A program made the translations under genes and the position numbers. A model generated the notes under the pieces. That model was given only the letters and a program-made list of their open reading frames with translations. It did no database searches and was not told the DNA's origin. DNA of 63,967 nt, filler included, from Octopus bimaculoides (lineage: Eukaryota): the NCBI RefSeq assembly GCF_001194135.2. It is 6 parts of 6 records of this genome, joined end to end, with 100 filler letters (N's around TTAATTAATTAA, not from the genome) between each part and the next. Parts side by side here need not be neighbours in the genome. Positions count along the whole stretch, not along the records: positions 21,252 to 34,007 come from NC_069007.1; positions 34,108 to 46,263 come from NC_068983.1; 4 more parts are not named here. One strand, 5' to 3'. Positions 24,181 to 35,830 of this stretch are shown here, in pieces; position 1 is the stretch's first letter, and every line of letters begins with the position of its first letter.

Positions 24181-25796
24181 ATGTGAAAACATGTATATGG
24201 CTATATCTATGTACATAGGATGTACAAGTGTATACATCTCATGCATTTATTTGTGCATGTGTTTGTATACATATATGTAAACAAACACGCACACATATTA
24301 TGTGTATATATACATGTATATATATGTTTATATATATATATATATATATATANNNNNNNNNNNNNNNNNNNNNNNNNNNNNNNNNNNNNNNNNNNNNNNN
24401 NNNNNNNNNNNNNNNNNNNNNNNNNNNNNNNNNNNNNNNNNNNNNNNNNNNNNNNNNNNNNNNNNNNNNNNNNNNNNNNNNNNNNNNNNNNNNNNNNNNN
24501 NNNNNNNNNNNNNNNNNNNNNNNNNNNNNNNNNNNNNNNNNNNNNNNNNNNNNNNNNNNNNNNNNNNNNNNNNNNNNNNNNNNNNNNNNNNNNNNNNNNN
24601 NNNNNNNNNNNNNNNNNNNNNNNNNNNNNNNNNNNNNNNNNNNNNNNNNNNNNNNNNNNNNNNNNNNNNNNNNNNNNNNNNNNNNNNNNNNNNNNNNNNN
24701 NNNNNNNNNNNNNNNNNNNNNNNNNNNNNNNNNNNNNNNNNNNNNNNNNNNNNNNNNNNNNNNNNNNNNNNNNNNNNNNNNNNNNNNNNNNNNNNNNNNN
24801 NNNNNNNNNNNNNNNNNNNNNNNNNNNNNNNNNNNNNNNNNNNNNNNNNNNNNNNNNNNNNNNNNNNNNNNNNNNNNNNNNNNNNNNNNNNNNNNNNNNN
24901 NNNNNNNNNNNNNNNNNNNNNNNNNNNNNNNNNNNNNNNNNNNNNNNNNNNNNNNNNNNNNNNNNNNNNNNNNNNNNNNNNNNNNNNNNNNNNNNNNNNN
25001 NNNNNNNNNNNNNNNNNNNNNNNNNNNNNNNNNNNNNNNNNNNNNNNNNNNNNNNNNNNNNNNNNNNNNNNNNNNNNNNNNNNNNNNNNNNNNNNNNNNN
25101 NNNNNNNNNNNNNNNNNNNNNNNNNNNNNNNNNNNNNNNNNNNNNNNNNNNNNNNNNNNNNNNNNNNNNNNNNNNNNNNNNNNNNNNNNNNNNNNNNNNN
25201 NNNNNNNNNNNNNNNNNNNNNNNNNNNNNNNNNNNNNNNNNNNNNNNNNNNNNNNNNNATATATACATATATATATATATATATATATGTATACATATAT
25301 ATACATAGATATGCGCCCCTTCATAGGTCGTGGCTAAGCCTTGTGCGCAGAGAATCTGTTTAAGTTGCCACGCCCATCTTCCCCGCCCATTCTCTTCCCA
25401 TTCTCTTTTGCTTGGCAAATCTCCTGGTTTTTCAGTTCTTCTCTGACGCCCAGAATTTTCGCAACTCCAGCTCAATACAAACACGCCCGCGCGTATACAA
25501 GCATGTACAAACGCGCGCACACATACTAGCATGAATACATACACACGTGAATACATACATACATACATACATACATACATACATACATACATACATACAC
25601 ACATGAATACATACATGCATACATAGGCACAATCATACATACATACATATATACATACGTACGTACATATATAAATACATACATATATACATACATAAAT
25701 ACATACACACATGCATGCACTTTCATATAGGAATAGATTCATGCGTACCCACACGCAAATGCTCGCACACACNNNNNNNNNNCACACACACACACT

Positions 25797-25838
<42 letters not shown>

Positions 25839-26239
25839 TATATATAGACACTAAATACATAGAAACATATATATGTATATATATATATATGTATATATAT
25901 ATATACATACATACCCACTTGCATACCTACATATATACAACCATACATATATTTATATACACACACATGCATACATATATATTTAATACACACATACACA
26001 CACGCACACACAGACGCACACACACACACACACACACACATACACCTGTCATATGCACATGGAACGAGTGAACGAGGGAAGCTGCATGACCTCCTGAGAT
26101 GCTAGAAATAGAAACCAAATCCCTTCCAATTATCACCTAGCGTGTAAGGATGGACACACACCGGTGATAATAGTTTTACATAATGCTACACAGAAGGGGT
26201 GGTCCCGGTTAGAGGTTCTTTAACCATAAGTTTTATCAT

Positions 26240-26460
26240 TCTCTAGTTGCAGTCATTAGACTGCGGCCATGCTGGGGCTCCGCTTTTTAGAATTATTAGT
26301 CGAATGAATCGACTCCCAAGACATCGGGGGCTTTTTCTTTCTGTTTTTCTTTCTCTTTAAGCCTAGCACTTTTTTTTTATCGGGCCCTTTAGCCGAACCT
26401 CTGTTTTACGAGGATGTAAACACACTAACATCGGTTATCAAGCGGTGGTAGGGGACAAAT
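26240..26460 (-). mobile_element. SINE family A 3' half
   Basis: CAGTCATTAGACTGCGGCCATGCTGGGG...GCCGAACC...GGGGACAAA. Confidence 0.7.
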
Positions 26461-26632
26461 ACAGACACAAACATATATATNNNNNNNNNNNNNNNNNNNN
26501 NNNNNNNNNNNNNNNNNNNNNNNNNNNNNNNNNNNNNNNNNNNNNNNNNNNNNNNNNNNNNNNNNNNNNNNNNNNNNNNNNNNNNNNNNNNNNNNNNNNN
26601 NNNNNNNNNNNNNNNNNNNNNNNNNNNNNNNN

Positions 26633-26687
<55 letters not shown>

Positions 26688-27258
26688 GCGTTCGATTAAC
26701 CGTGACGAACGATGAAGTAAATCAAATGTTGAAGAATCTAGAAGAGAGAAAGATTCTTCGCAAGGTTCAATGATGGTTGTTACAACGGCCGTTGATAGAG
26801 AAAAGGCCAGAGTTGTAAGTACGAACAGAGTTCGATCCCATGAGTATATTGTGTAGATGAAGTGGTTACAGGTGCGTATGTTGTGTTGATTGTATGGATG
26901 ACGCAGCGGAACAAAACAAAGCAGGGTTTTCCTGGGAAAAGAAATCCAGAACATTTCTCGATTGCAGTCTTTACACGACACAGTTGACGAGAGCCAAAGT
27001 GTCGGTAAGTATGGAGACTTTTGTGACGCTTTGACTTGTAATCGGCTGAAGAGAGGAGTGGTCTGTAACGGAAGGTTGTAAGAGAAGGTTTCGTTTTCTA
27101 GAATATGCAATTCCGTAGAGCGGATAATCTTGCAGAAAACACAAGGTGGTGAGCTGGTAGAATGGTTAGCACGCCAGGCAGAATGCAAAGCATTAATGAT
27201 TACACTTATTTTACTAAATTCTTAATTACTTTTCAAAATTAATTGAAATGACGGTAAT

Positions 27259-27639
27259 GTCATATTGAATAAGAGAGGCAAATACTGTCAGATCATTGAT
27301 CTAGCCATACCAAATGACATGAATTTTGTGAGTTAAGTGGTTGAAAAAAATCATCAAGTACTCAGAATTGAAAGGGGAAATGGCAAGACTGTATGGAATG
27401 CGAGAGGGTAATGTAAAAGTGATACCAGTGGTGATCGGAGCGTTGGGCTCAATCCCATTGAAACTTCAAGACTTCTTAAGGCAACTGGAAATCCCATGCA
27501 AGATTGATGTCTTACAAAAAGCATCCTTATTGGGCACAGCGCACATCTTAAGGAAAGTATTATCCGTCTGAGGTCCTTGGTGTGACTTGACAGACGACTA
27601 AAGACTCCGGTGTATTTTTACCTACACTGCGTTACGAAG

Positions 27640-27640
<1 letters not shown>
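27259..27640 (+). mobile_element. R4/Dong-type non-LTR retrotransposon 3' end (RLE domain), 5'-truncated
   Basis: VILNKRGKYCQIIDLAIPND...KYSELKGEMARLYG...VIPVVIGALGSIP...LQKASLLGTAHILRKVLSV*, short 3' UTR, then (AAT)n; one stop and one frameshift. Confidence 0.88.
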
Positions 27641-27712
<72 letters not shown>

Positions 27713-27727
27713 TACAATAATAATAAT
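27641..27727. repeat. (AAT)n tail/target
   Basis: Direct observation. Confidence 0.95.
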
Positions 27728-28259
27728 GGCTTCAAATNNNNNNNNNNNNNNNNNNNNNNNNNNNNNNNNNNNNNNNNNNNNNNNNNNNNNNNNNNNNNNN
27801 NNNNNNNNNNNNNNNNNNNNNNNNNNNNNNNNNNNNNNNNNNNNNNNNNNNNNNNNNNNNNNNNNNNNNNNNNNNNNNNNNNNNNNNNNNNNNNNNNNNN
27901 NNNNNNNNNNNNNNNNNNNNNNNNNNNNNNNNNNNNNNNNNNNNNNNNNNNNNNNNNNNNNNNNNNNNNNNNNNNNNNNNNNNNNNNNNNNNNNNNNNNN
28001 NNNNNNNNNNNNNNNNNNNNNNNNNNNNNNNNNNNNNNNNNNNNNNNNNNNNNNNNNNNNNNNNNNNNNNNNNNNNNNNNNNNNNNNNNNNNNNNNNNNN
28101 NNNNNNNNNNNNNNNNNNNNNNNNNNNNNNNNNNNNNNNNNNNNNNNNNNNNNNNNNNNNNNNNNNNNNNNNNNNNNNNNNNNNNNNNNNNNNNNNNNNN
28201 NNNNNNNNNNNNNNNNNNNNNNNNNNNNNNNNNNNNNNNNNNNNNNNNNNNNNNNNNNN

Positions 28260-28345
28260 GCACATACCCAAGGCGCACAGAGCTGCGCTCGGTAGTGAAG
28301 TGAAAGCACGTTATAAAAATAAAACTACTGAATAATAATAATAAT
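28260..28345 (+). mobile_element. 3' UTR of a second R4/Dong-type family
   Basis: Identical in reverse complement to ~46040-46110, which follows a Dong-type ORF end; ends in (AAT)n. Confidence 0.8.
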
Positions 28346-28436
28346 AAAGAATAAAAAGTTTTGAATGGTACAACAATGCACTATAATATAAAAAATGGAC
28401 TATATATTTGTTGTAATTTAGTTATCTATATAATCC

Positions 28437-28471
28437 GATGATATTTCGGAATACAATTCCTTCTTCAGATC
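28437..28471 (-). ncRNA. Minimal hammerhead ribozyme motif (PLE-type)
   Basis: GAT-CTGAAGA-A-GGAAT-TGT-ATTCC-GAAA-TAT-C-ATC: CUGANGA/GAAA core, 5-bp stem II, 3-bp stem I, palindromic ATAT stem III, AUC cleavage triplet. Confidence 0.65.
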
Positions 28472-28868
28472 TTCTTAGATGGAGTCTATGCTATAAACTG
28501 TTTACTAATGGTTTTTCTTTTCTTTTCTTTTTTTTCCGGAAGTGACGTAGTATTGGTCTCACGAAGTTCCTTCCGGAATTCCTCATGAGAAGTGTGTGAG
28601 GTCGGCTTAATAAGAAGGTGTATTGTATATGATGTATGGATCAAAGAGAAATATGTCCTGTCTATCACATGCGTTACACAGGAAAGATAAAGGGTTAATC
28701 GGTTCTGCTAGGAGGGACCGTTTAACGTGACATCGATGTATTATGTTATACAAAATATATCTTTATAATAAACTTATATGTAACCGTAATCCTTTACCTA
28801 TCTAAATCATTTTCATAACTTTGTCCTAAACGTCCATCCTTGTTTAGGCCCTTTTATTTAGGTCCTTC

Positions 28869-29157
28869 GGAGGCGCAATGGCCCAGTGGTTAGGGCAGCG
28901 GACTCGCGGTCATGGGATCGCGGTTTCGATTCCCAGACCGGGCGCTGTGAGTGTTTATTGAGCGAAAACACCTAAAGCTCCACGAGGCTCCGGCAGGGGA
29001 TGGTGGCGAACCCTGCTGTACTCTTTCACCACAACTTTCTCTCACTCTTACTTCCTGTTTCTGTTGTGCCTGTAATTCAAAGGGTCAGCCTTGTCACACT
29101 GTGTCACGCTGAATATCTCCGAGAACTACATTAAGGGTACATGTGTCTGTGGAGTGC
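28869..29157 (+). mobile_element. SINE family C (tRNA-Arg-like head), truncated by gap
   Basis: GGAGGCGCAATGGCCCAGTGGTTAGGGCAGCGGACTCGCGGTC...GGTTTCGATTCCC (A and B boxes), followed by the family C body. Confidence 0.85.
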
Positions 29158-30356
29158 NNNNNNNNNNNNNNNNNNNNNNNNNNNNNNNNNNNNNNNNNNN
29201 NNNNNNNNNNNNNNNNNNNNNNNNNNNNNNNNNNNNNNNNNNNNNNNNNNNNNNNNNNNNNNNNNNNNNNNNNNNNNNNNNNNNNNNNNNNNNNNNNNNN
29301 NNNNNNNNNNNNNNNNNNNNNNNNNNNNNNNNNNNNNNNNNNNNNNNNNNNNNNNNNNNNNNNNNNNNNNNNNNNNNNNNNNNNNNNNNNNNNNNNNNNN
29401 NNNNNNNNNNNNNNNNNNNNNNNNNNNNNNNNNNNNNNNNNNNNNNNNNNNNNNNNNNNNNNNNNNNNNNNNNNNNNNNNNNNNNNNNNNNNNNNNNNNN
29501 NNNNNNNNNNNNNNNNNNNNNNNNNNNNNNNNNNNNNNNNNNNNNNNNNNNNNNNNNNNNNNNNNNNNNNNNNNNNNNNNNNNNNNNNNNNNNNNNNNNN
29601 NNNNNNNNNNNNNNNNNNNNNNNNNNNNNNNNNNNNNNNNNNNNNNNNNNNNNNNNNNNNNNNNNNNNNNNNNNNNNNNNNNNNNNNNNNNNNNNNNNNN
29701 NNNNNNNNNNNNNNNNNNNNNNNNNNNNNNNNNNNNNNNNNNNNNNNNNNNNNNNNNNNNNNNNNNNNNNNNNNNNNNNNNNNNNNNNNNNNNNNNNNNN
29801 NNNNNNNNNNNNNNNNNNNNNNNNNNNNNNNNNNNNTAATTAATAATTAAACGCGAGGTTTAGTTCCAGTCCAGTTTTACTTCGTTTTTCATAAAAGGTG
29901 GGGGGGCGGGCTAGGGTGGAGTGGTGGGTGGTTAACCTAAGTAACGTTACTCATCTCAAGGAAAAATGTATTTACTAATTAAAAGTGATCATTTGCTTCG
30001 TTATTAGATTAATAATCAATAAATTTAATTGATGCTTAATTTAATTGAGCAGGTTTTCTTTTCTTTCTTGCACCTATCAACACTTGGAATTATTATCTAC
30101 CGCCTTAAAGTACAACATCGCATCCCTCTTTCTTTCTTTTTTCTTTTTCCTTTCTTTATTTATTTTCTTTCTCTCTCTCTCTCTCTTCAGATATGTGTGT
30201 GTGTATGTATATGTGTGTGGGTGTCTGTCTGTCTGTCTATCAATTTATCTATACCTATCTGTCTCTCAATCTGTATATATATTTATACACACATACACAC
30301 ACACATATATATATATATATATAGATATTTTCATACACACACACACNNNNNNNNNN

Positions 30357-30398
<42 letters not shown>

Positions 30399-30882
30399 TA
30401 CACACATATATGTAAGTAGGTAGATTGCTATCTATCTATCTGCGCTAATGAAACGTTAAAACTTAGTGCGCATGCACAACAGAGTTCAAGGTCAATCTTT
30501 GTCAAGCATCTTCACTCTCTGCGCTTTAGCTTGGTTAGAATGGCAAGAGTCCGGATACTTATTGATCAGACCACGTTCAATTTTTTTTTTTTTTTTTTTC
30601 CCAATGTTATACGCAGAAAGCGACGAACACAGTGATACAGCTGTTACCAGATGCAGTGACATATCTTCTATGACATCAATGGAATTTCTCCACTTATTCA
30701 ACGTCCCAGATGCCTGTTTGGAAAGAGGAAACACTATTTTTACTGACAGGAAACTCCATCAAGGACGGTCTCTTTCCTCCAAATCCGCAACGTACTTATT
30801 AAGAAAATAATTGTTTTATTCGTTGTTACTTTCTCTCTCTGTCTCTCTCTCTCTCTCTCACTCTCTTTATTATTATTATTAT

Positions 30883-30945
<63 letters not shown>

Positions 30946-31482
30946 CAGTATTATTATTCCCCTTCCGAACAAGTGTACGTTTGTCTTCAACGTATATCCG
31001 GAAAGAAGGAGAGACCACGAGAACGAATCGCCTTAGGATTGGACAAGCACGTTGCCTTTCATTCAACAATTGCGCATCTGGTTGTTGTTGTTGGTGGTGG
31101 TGGTGTGGTGGTAGTGTGGTGNNNNNNNNNNNNNNNNNNNNNNNNNNNNNNNNNNNNNNNNNNNNNNNNNNNNNNNNNNNNNNNNNNNNNNNNNNNNNNN
31201 NNNNNNNNNNNNNNNNNNNNNNNNNNNNNNNNNNNNNNNNNNNNNNNNNNNNNNNNNNNNNNNNNNNNNNNNNNNNNNNNNNNNNNNNNNNNNNNNNNNN
31301 NNNNNNNNNNNNNNNNGGGGGGGGGGGGTTTAGCTCCTTATCAACACTTGAGTATGATCAAAGGTATTCCAGCCGTGATCAATCCGTCTTTTATTCACAC
31401 ATGATGTATAATGTATGACTACGTACATGTGTAGCTGCGTTTGTGTGTATGTGTGTGTTTGTGTGTATTTATGTGTGTATGC

Positions 31483-31520
<38 letters not shown>

Positions 31521-31669
31521 AATAACATAGATAATATATAATCTTATGCATATTTTCATACATATATGTACATACCGACATCTATATGTATACATACGCG
31601 CACATATATGAGTACAGGACATCGCAAAAAACGTTAAACACAATGAGAAACGAAGACAGAAGACGAACT

Positions 31670-31890
31670 TTGTAAGCCTAGTACTTATTCTATTGGTCTC
31701 CTTTGCCGAACCGCTAGGTTACGGGGACGTAAACACACCAGCATCGGTTGTCAAGCGATGGTGGGATGACAAACATACTCACACACACACACATAAACAC
31801 ACATATACACAGACACATATATACGACGGGCTTCTTTCAGTTTCCTTCTACCAAATCCACTCACAAGGCTTTGGTCGGCCCCGAAGCTAT
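31670..31890 (-). mobile_element. SINE family A middle
   Basis: GTTACGGGGACGTAAACACACCAGCATCGG...CACAAGGCTTTGGTCGGCC. Confidence 0.8.
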
Positions 31891-32861
31891 AGTAAACGAC
31901 TATATATATATTTATGTATGTATGTATGTATGTATTTATATATACACATACATATATATCCACATATACACACACACATATACACACACACACACACAGA
32001 ATAAAGGATATAGGATAAGAAACCTTTCCTGGGTCTTCAAGACTCATTCAGCCGGTTTCCTGGTTTCCATGTTGGAATAATTTATTCACTTAAATCTGAT
32101 TCACGCACAGAAATTTCTTGGAATCGCTAAACGTTGGCACGATCTTATTGGGTCTGTGGAGTGGTCTTACTCGGTCACGAGTTGACTTCCTCCATGTATG
32201 CACGTATGTATATATGTGTGTATATATGTATGCTTTTATATATGTGTGTATATATATGTATGAGTGTATGTACAGGCATGTATGTAAGAGTATATGTATG
32301 AATGCATGTATATATGTATGTGTGTATATGTGTGTTTTTATATATGTGTGTATGTATATATGAGTGTATGTACAGGGATGTATGTAAGAGTATATATGTA
32401 TATGTATATATCTATGTATATATATGCATGTCCGTTCTATTTTTCAATTATAAATCTATATATATGTATGTATGTATGCATTCAAGCACATATAAAAGAA
32501 TATGCTCACATACATAAACAGAGAGAGAGAGAGAGAGAGAGAGAAAGATAGAGAGAGGGGGGGAGGGAAAGAGAGATGGACATCAAGCACCTCCTTATTA
32601 GCAACACGCCCCAAATTCATAAATCCGGGAACAAGGTACAAATTATCAATGTCATTTATAAAAAAATAAAAAATTTGATTGTAAAATTGAAAGTTAGAAA
32701 CATCGTCACTCTCACTGTTGCATTGGTGTGTGACAGAAGCAACACATTTTCGTAAGTTTACAATGCATTTACAACAAAAGGCACTTCTAACACGCTACAC
32801 CAGAGAGCATAAGCCAAAGCTAGATAGGAAAACATTCGTAGATAATACATCCATACTTTAT

Positions 32862-33000
32862 GGAGGCGCATGGTTTGGTGGTTGAGGACTGCTCTCATGG
32901 TCGTAAGATTATGAGTTCAATTTTTAGACCGGATGATGCTTTATGTTCTTGAGAAAAGACACTTCATTTTATGTTACTCCAGTCCACTTAGCAAAAGTGA
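32862..33000 (+). mobile_element. SINE family C head, degenerate
   Basis: GGAGGCGCATGGTTTGGTGGTTGAGG...GAGTTCAATT...CTCCAGTCCACTTAGC. Confidence 0.7.
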
Positions 33001-33143
33001 ATTATATGGTAAAGTCGTGATAGTTCAGACACGTCGGCGTGATAGTGAACATGGCGTCTTTTATTAGGAGATGGGTGTTTCTAGGATATCTTATATATGT
33101 GTGCGTATACATCGTGGCCCTCCGTCAGTTACGACGACGAGGG

Positions 33144-33434
33144 AAACACCTAAAGCTCCACGAGGCTCCATCAGGGAGATGGTGGTGAACCCTGCTGTAC
33201 TCTTTCACCACAACTTTCTCTCACTCTTTTTTCCTGTTTCTGTTGTTCCTGTATTTTAAAGGGAACAGCCTTGTCACACTCTGTGTCACGCTGAATCTCC
33301 CCCCGAGAACTACGTTAAGGGTACACGTGTCTGTGGAGTGCTCAGCCACTTGCACGTTTATTTCACGAGCAGGCTAGTCCGTCGATCGGATCAACTGGAA
33401 CCCTCATTGTCGTAACCGACGGAGTGTCACGACG
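33144..33434 (+). mobile_element. SINE family C body lacking head
   Basis: AAACACCTAAAGCTCCACGAGGCTCC...GTCGTAACCGACGGAGTG; matches 28965-29157 and 39092-39402. Confidence 0.85.
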
Positions 33435-33474
33435 ATATATATATATAGATATATATATATAGATNNNNNNNNNN

Positions 33475-33532
<58 letters not shown>

Positions 33533-34134
33533 ATATAGGTAAGTACGATCTAGGGAGCCAAGTGTAGAAAGTTAGTAAACTTCGTGTATTATGTGGATGG
33601 TACATATGACGAAAATGCGGACAATTTACGATAAAACGCGTTTGTTAACATCGTAAATTACTCACGTCTTCCCATATTGAAATGAAGAAAAATTCCGATA
33701 AGCTGACGGTCATGATACAACTCACGGTTTGGCAAGTAAATTTGCTAAAGATTAGAATAACCAAAACCAAAATTTAAGGAATGGAACTGATAAAGAGCGG
33801 TCTGTAAGTGTTTCGTAGCTAAAACAATGCTTGTTACATGAGGTGCAACATTAAAAAAAAACAGCTTAGCTAATCGATAGTCTTTAGGTCCTATGACCTC
33901 TAAGTGTTGCTAACGCTGTCTTGTGGAGATGAATTAATGAATAAAATAAATAATCAAACTAGCCACAGCCCGAATGGGCTATGTATATTATATATATATA
34001 TATATATNNNNNNNNNNNNNNNNNNNNNNNNNNNNNNNNNNNNNNNNNNNNTTAATTAATTAANNNNNNNNNNNNNNNNNNNNNNNNNNNNNNNNNNNNN
34101 NNNNNNNATATATATATATATATAAATGACTTAA

Positions 34135-34310
34135 GATACTCGTCCTCCCTTGCCTTGGTTTTTATGTCCCTTTCCTCTAATATCTACCTGCTAACACGGA
34201 AGCCTAATACGGATCCCTAGCTGTAGCTTCAGCTGTGAACTTGATTGACCAATTATAGCCCTTATCAGCGTACCTATTCGTTTAGATCACCGGTGAACTA
34301 AACCCCTCAT
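34135..34310. repeat. Dispersed (TA)-abutting repeat (possible PLE pLTR piece)
   Basis: Shared with ~50970-51140: TACTCGTCC...GATCCCTAGCT...TATTCGTTTAGATCACC.GTGAACTAAACCCCTCAT(AT)n. Confidence 0.7.
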
Positions 34311-34469
34311 ATATATATAATTTAGAGAAAGGAACCAAAGTTCATGAACTCATCCATAAAAATCCACAGTAACATATAGAAAAATTTAATAAGTAAAGAC
34401 ACTAAAAAGACCTATAATAAAATACAAAGTAATTATCAAGTAGTAATAATTATTTTATTATTCCATTAT

Positions 34470-34712
34470 TTTATGATTATTACTTTGTATTCTATTATAG
34501 TTCTTTTTAGTGTATTTACTTATTAAATTTTCTATATGTGACTGGAGTTTCATGGATGAGTTCATGAACTTTGGTTCTTTTCTCTAAATTATATATTTAT
34601 ATATTATATACTGTGAAACTTAATTTAATTTTAATTTTTGATAAATTGAATTTAATTGAATTTTTACCTGTAAATTTGGATTTTTATCCCTAATATTATA
34701 TATATATATATA
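34470..34712 (-). repeat. Copy of the AT-rich element at 57712-57960 (pLTR-like)
   Basis: Reverse complement of ATATTAGGGATAAAAATCCAAATTTACAGG...GTTCATGAACTCAT...; abuts (TA)n. Confidence 0.8.
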
Positions 34713-34995
34713 TNNNNNNNNNNNNNNNNNNNNNNNNNNNNNNNNNNNNNNNNNNNNNNNNNNNNNNNNNNNNNNNNNNNNNNNNNNNNNNNNNNNNNNN
34801 NNNNNNNNNNNNNNNNNNNNNNNNNNNNNNNNNNNNNNNNNNNNNNNNNNNNNNNNNNNNNNNNNNNNNNNNNNNNNNNNNNNNNNNNNNNNNNNNNNNN
34901 NNNNNNNNNNNNNNNNNNNNNNNNNNNNNNNNNNNNNNNNNNNNNNNNNNNNNNNNNNNNNNNNNNNNNNNNNNNNNNNNNNNNNNNNNNNNNNN

Positions 34996-35038
<43 letters not shown>

Positions 35039-35718
35039 AATGATAGACGGAAGATGGAACATACGAGAATTTATTATTAATTATGACAATTGTTTCGACA
35101 CATCTAGAATCCGCTCATCATGGGTGGGACACTCAACAACTGGTTCAGGAGCATCCGGCGGTGCAGATGTATCTCGTGGGGTGATAATTTGCAACTCGTT
35201 AAAATAACTGTTCTGTAATGTAACTTCCCGTTTTGTAGAAAGAAAAGCAAGCAGACGGAGGAAATATTTTCATTTATATGGAAGATCAAAAATAAAATCA
35301 CAGATGGCAAAAAGAGTAACGAACACGCAATCCAGCGAGAAAGGTATTGAACATAACCTGTAACAAATACGAATGTATAAACGCCCTCGGGCAAGCTGCA
35401 TGGCGCGAGTACACTCGTTCATACAAGCATCCGCAAAAATGTGAGCATACGCACACGTGAGGCTTGGCGCACTCGTAATCGCAAAGCGAAATAGCTACTT
35501 ACTTTGTATGAATGGGGAGGTAAAAAGTAAACTTAAGTCATCCATACCTTAAATTAAATTAAATTATATTAACGGTTACTCAAACTTCATTCCCACTTGC
35601 ATTGTGCGAAAGTACATTTATATACGTTTAGGCATCTTAGAGTCGTTCATGAGTATATATATACTCATGTTTATATAAAGATATATATAAACAAACATAC
35701 ATACACACATACACACAT

Positions 35719-35721
<3 letters not shown>

Positions 35722-35791
<70 letters not shown>

Positions 35792-35830
35792 AAGAGAGAT
35801 AGATAGACAGATAGAGAGACAGAGAAACAG
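35722..35830. repeat. (GA)n microsatellite
   Basis: Direct observation. Confidence 0.95.

Noticed and set aside
25310-25520. GC-richer island with GCGCCCC/CCACGCCCA motifs (DINE-1-like or promoter)
   Set aside because: Motifs too short, and the adjacent gap prevents classification.
26690-27188. Minus-strand ORF with CVFCKIIRSTELHILENETF, resembling a HIT/HINT3 N-terminus
   Set aside because: No downstream HIT motifs, the start lies within a SINE head, and no fitting splice donor; likely coincidence.
28869-28945. tRNA-like head as a true tRNA gene
   Set aside because: No paired acceptor stem; continues into the SINE body shared with other copies.
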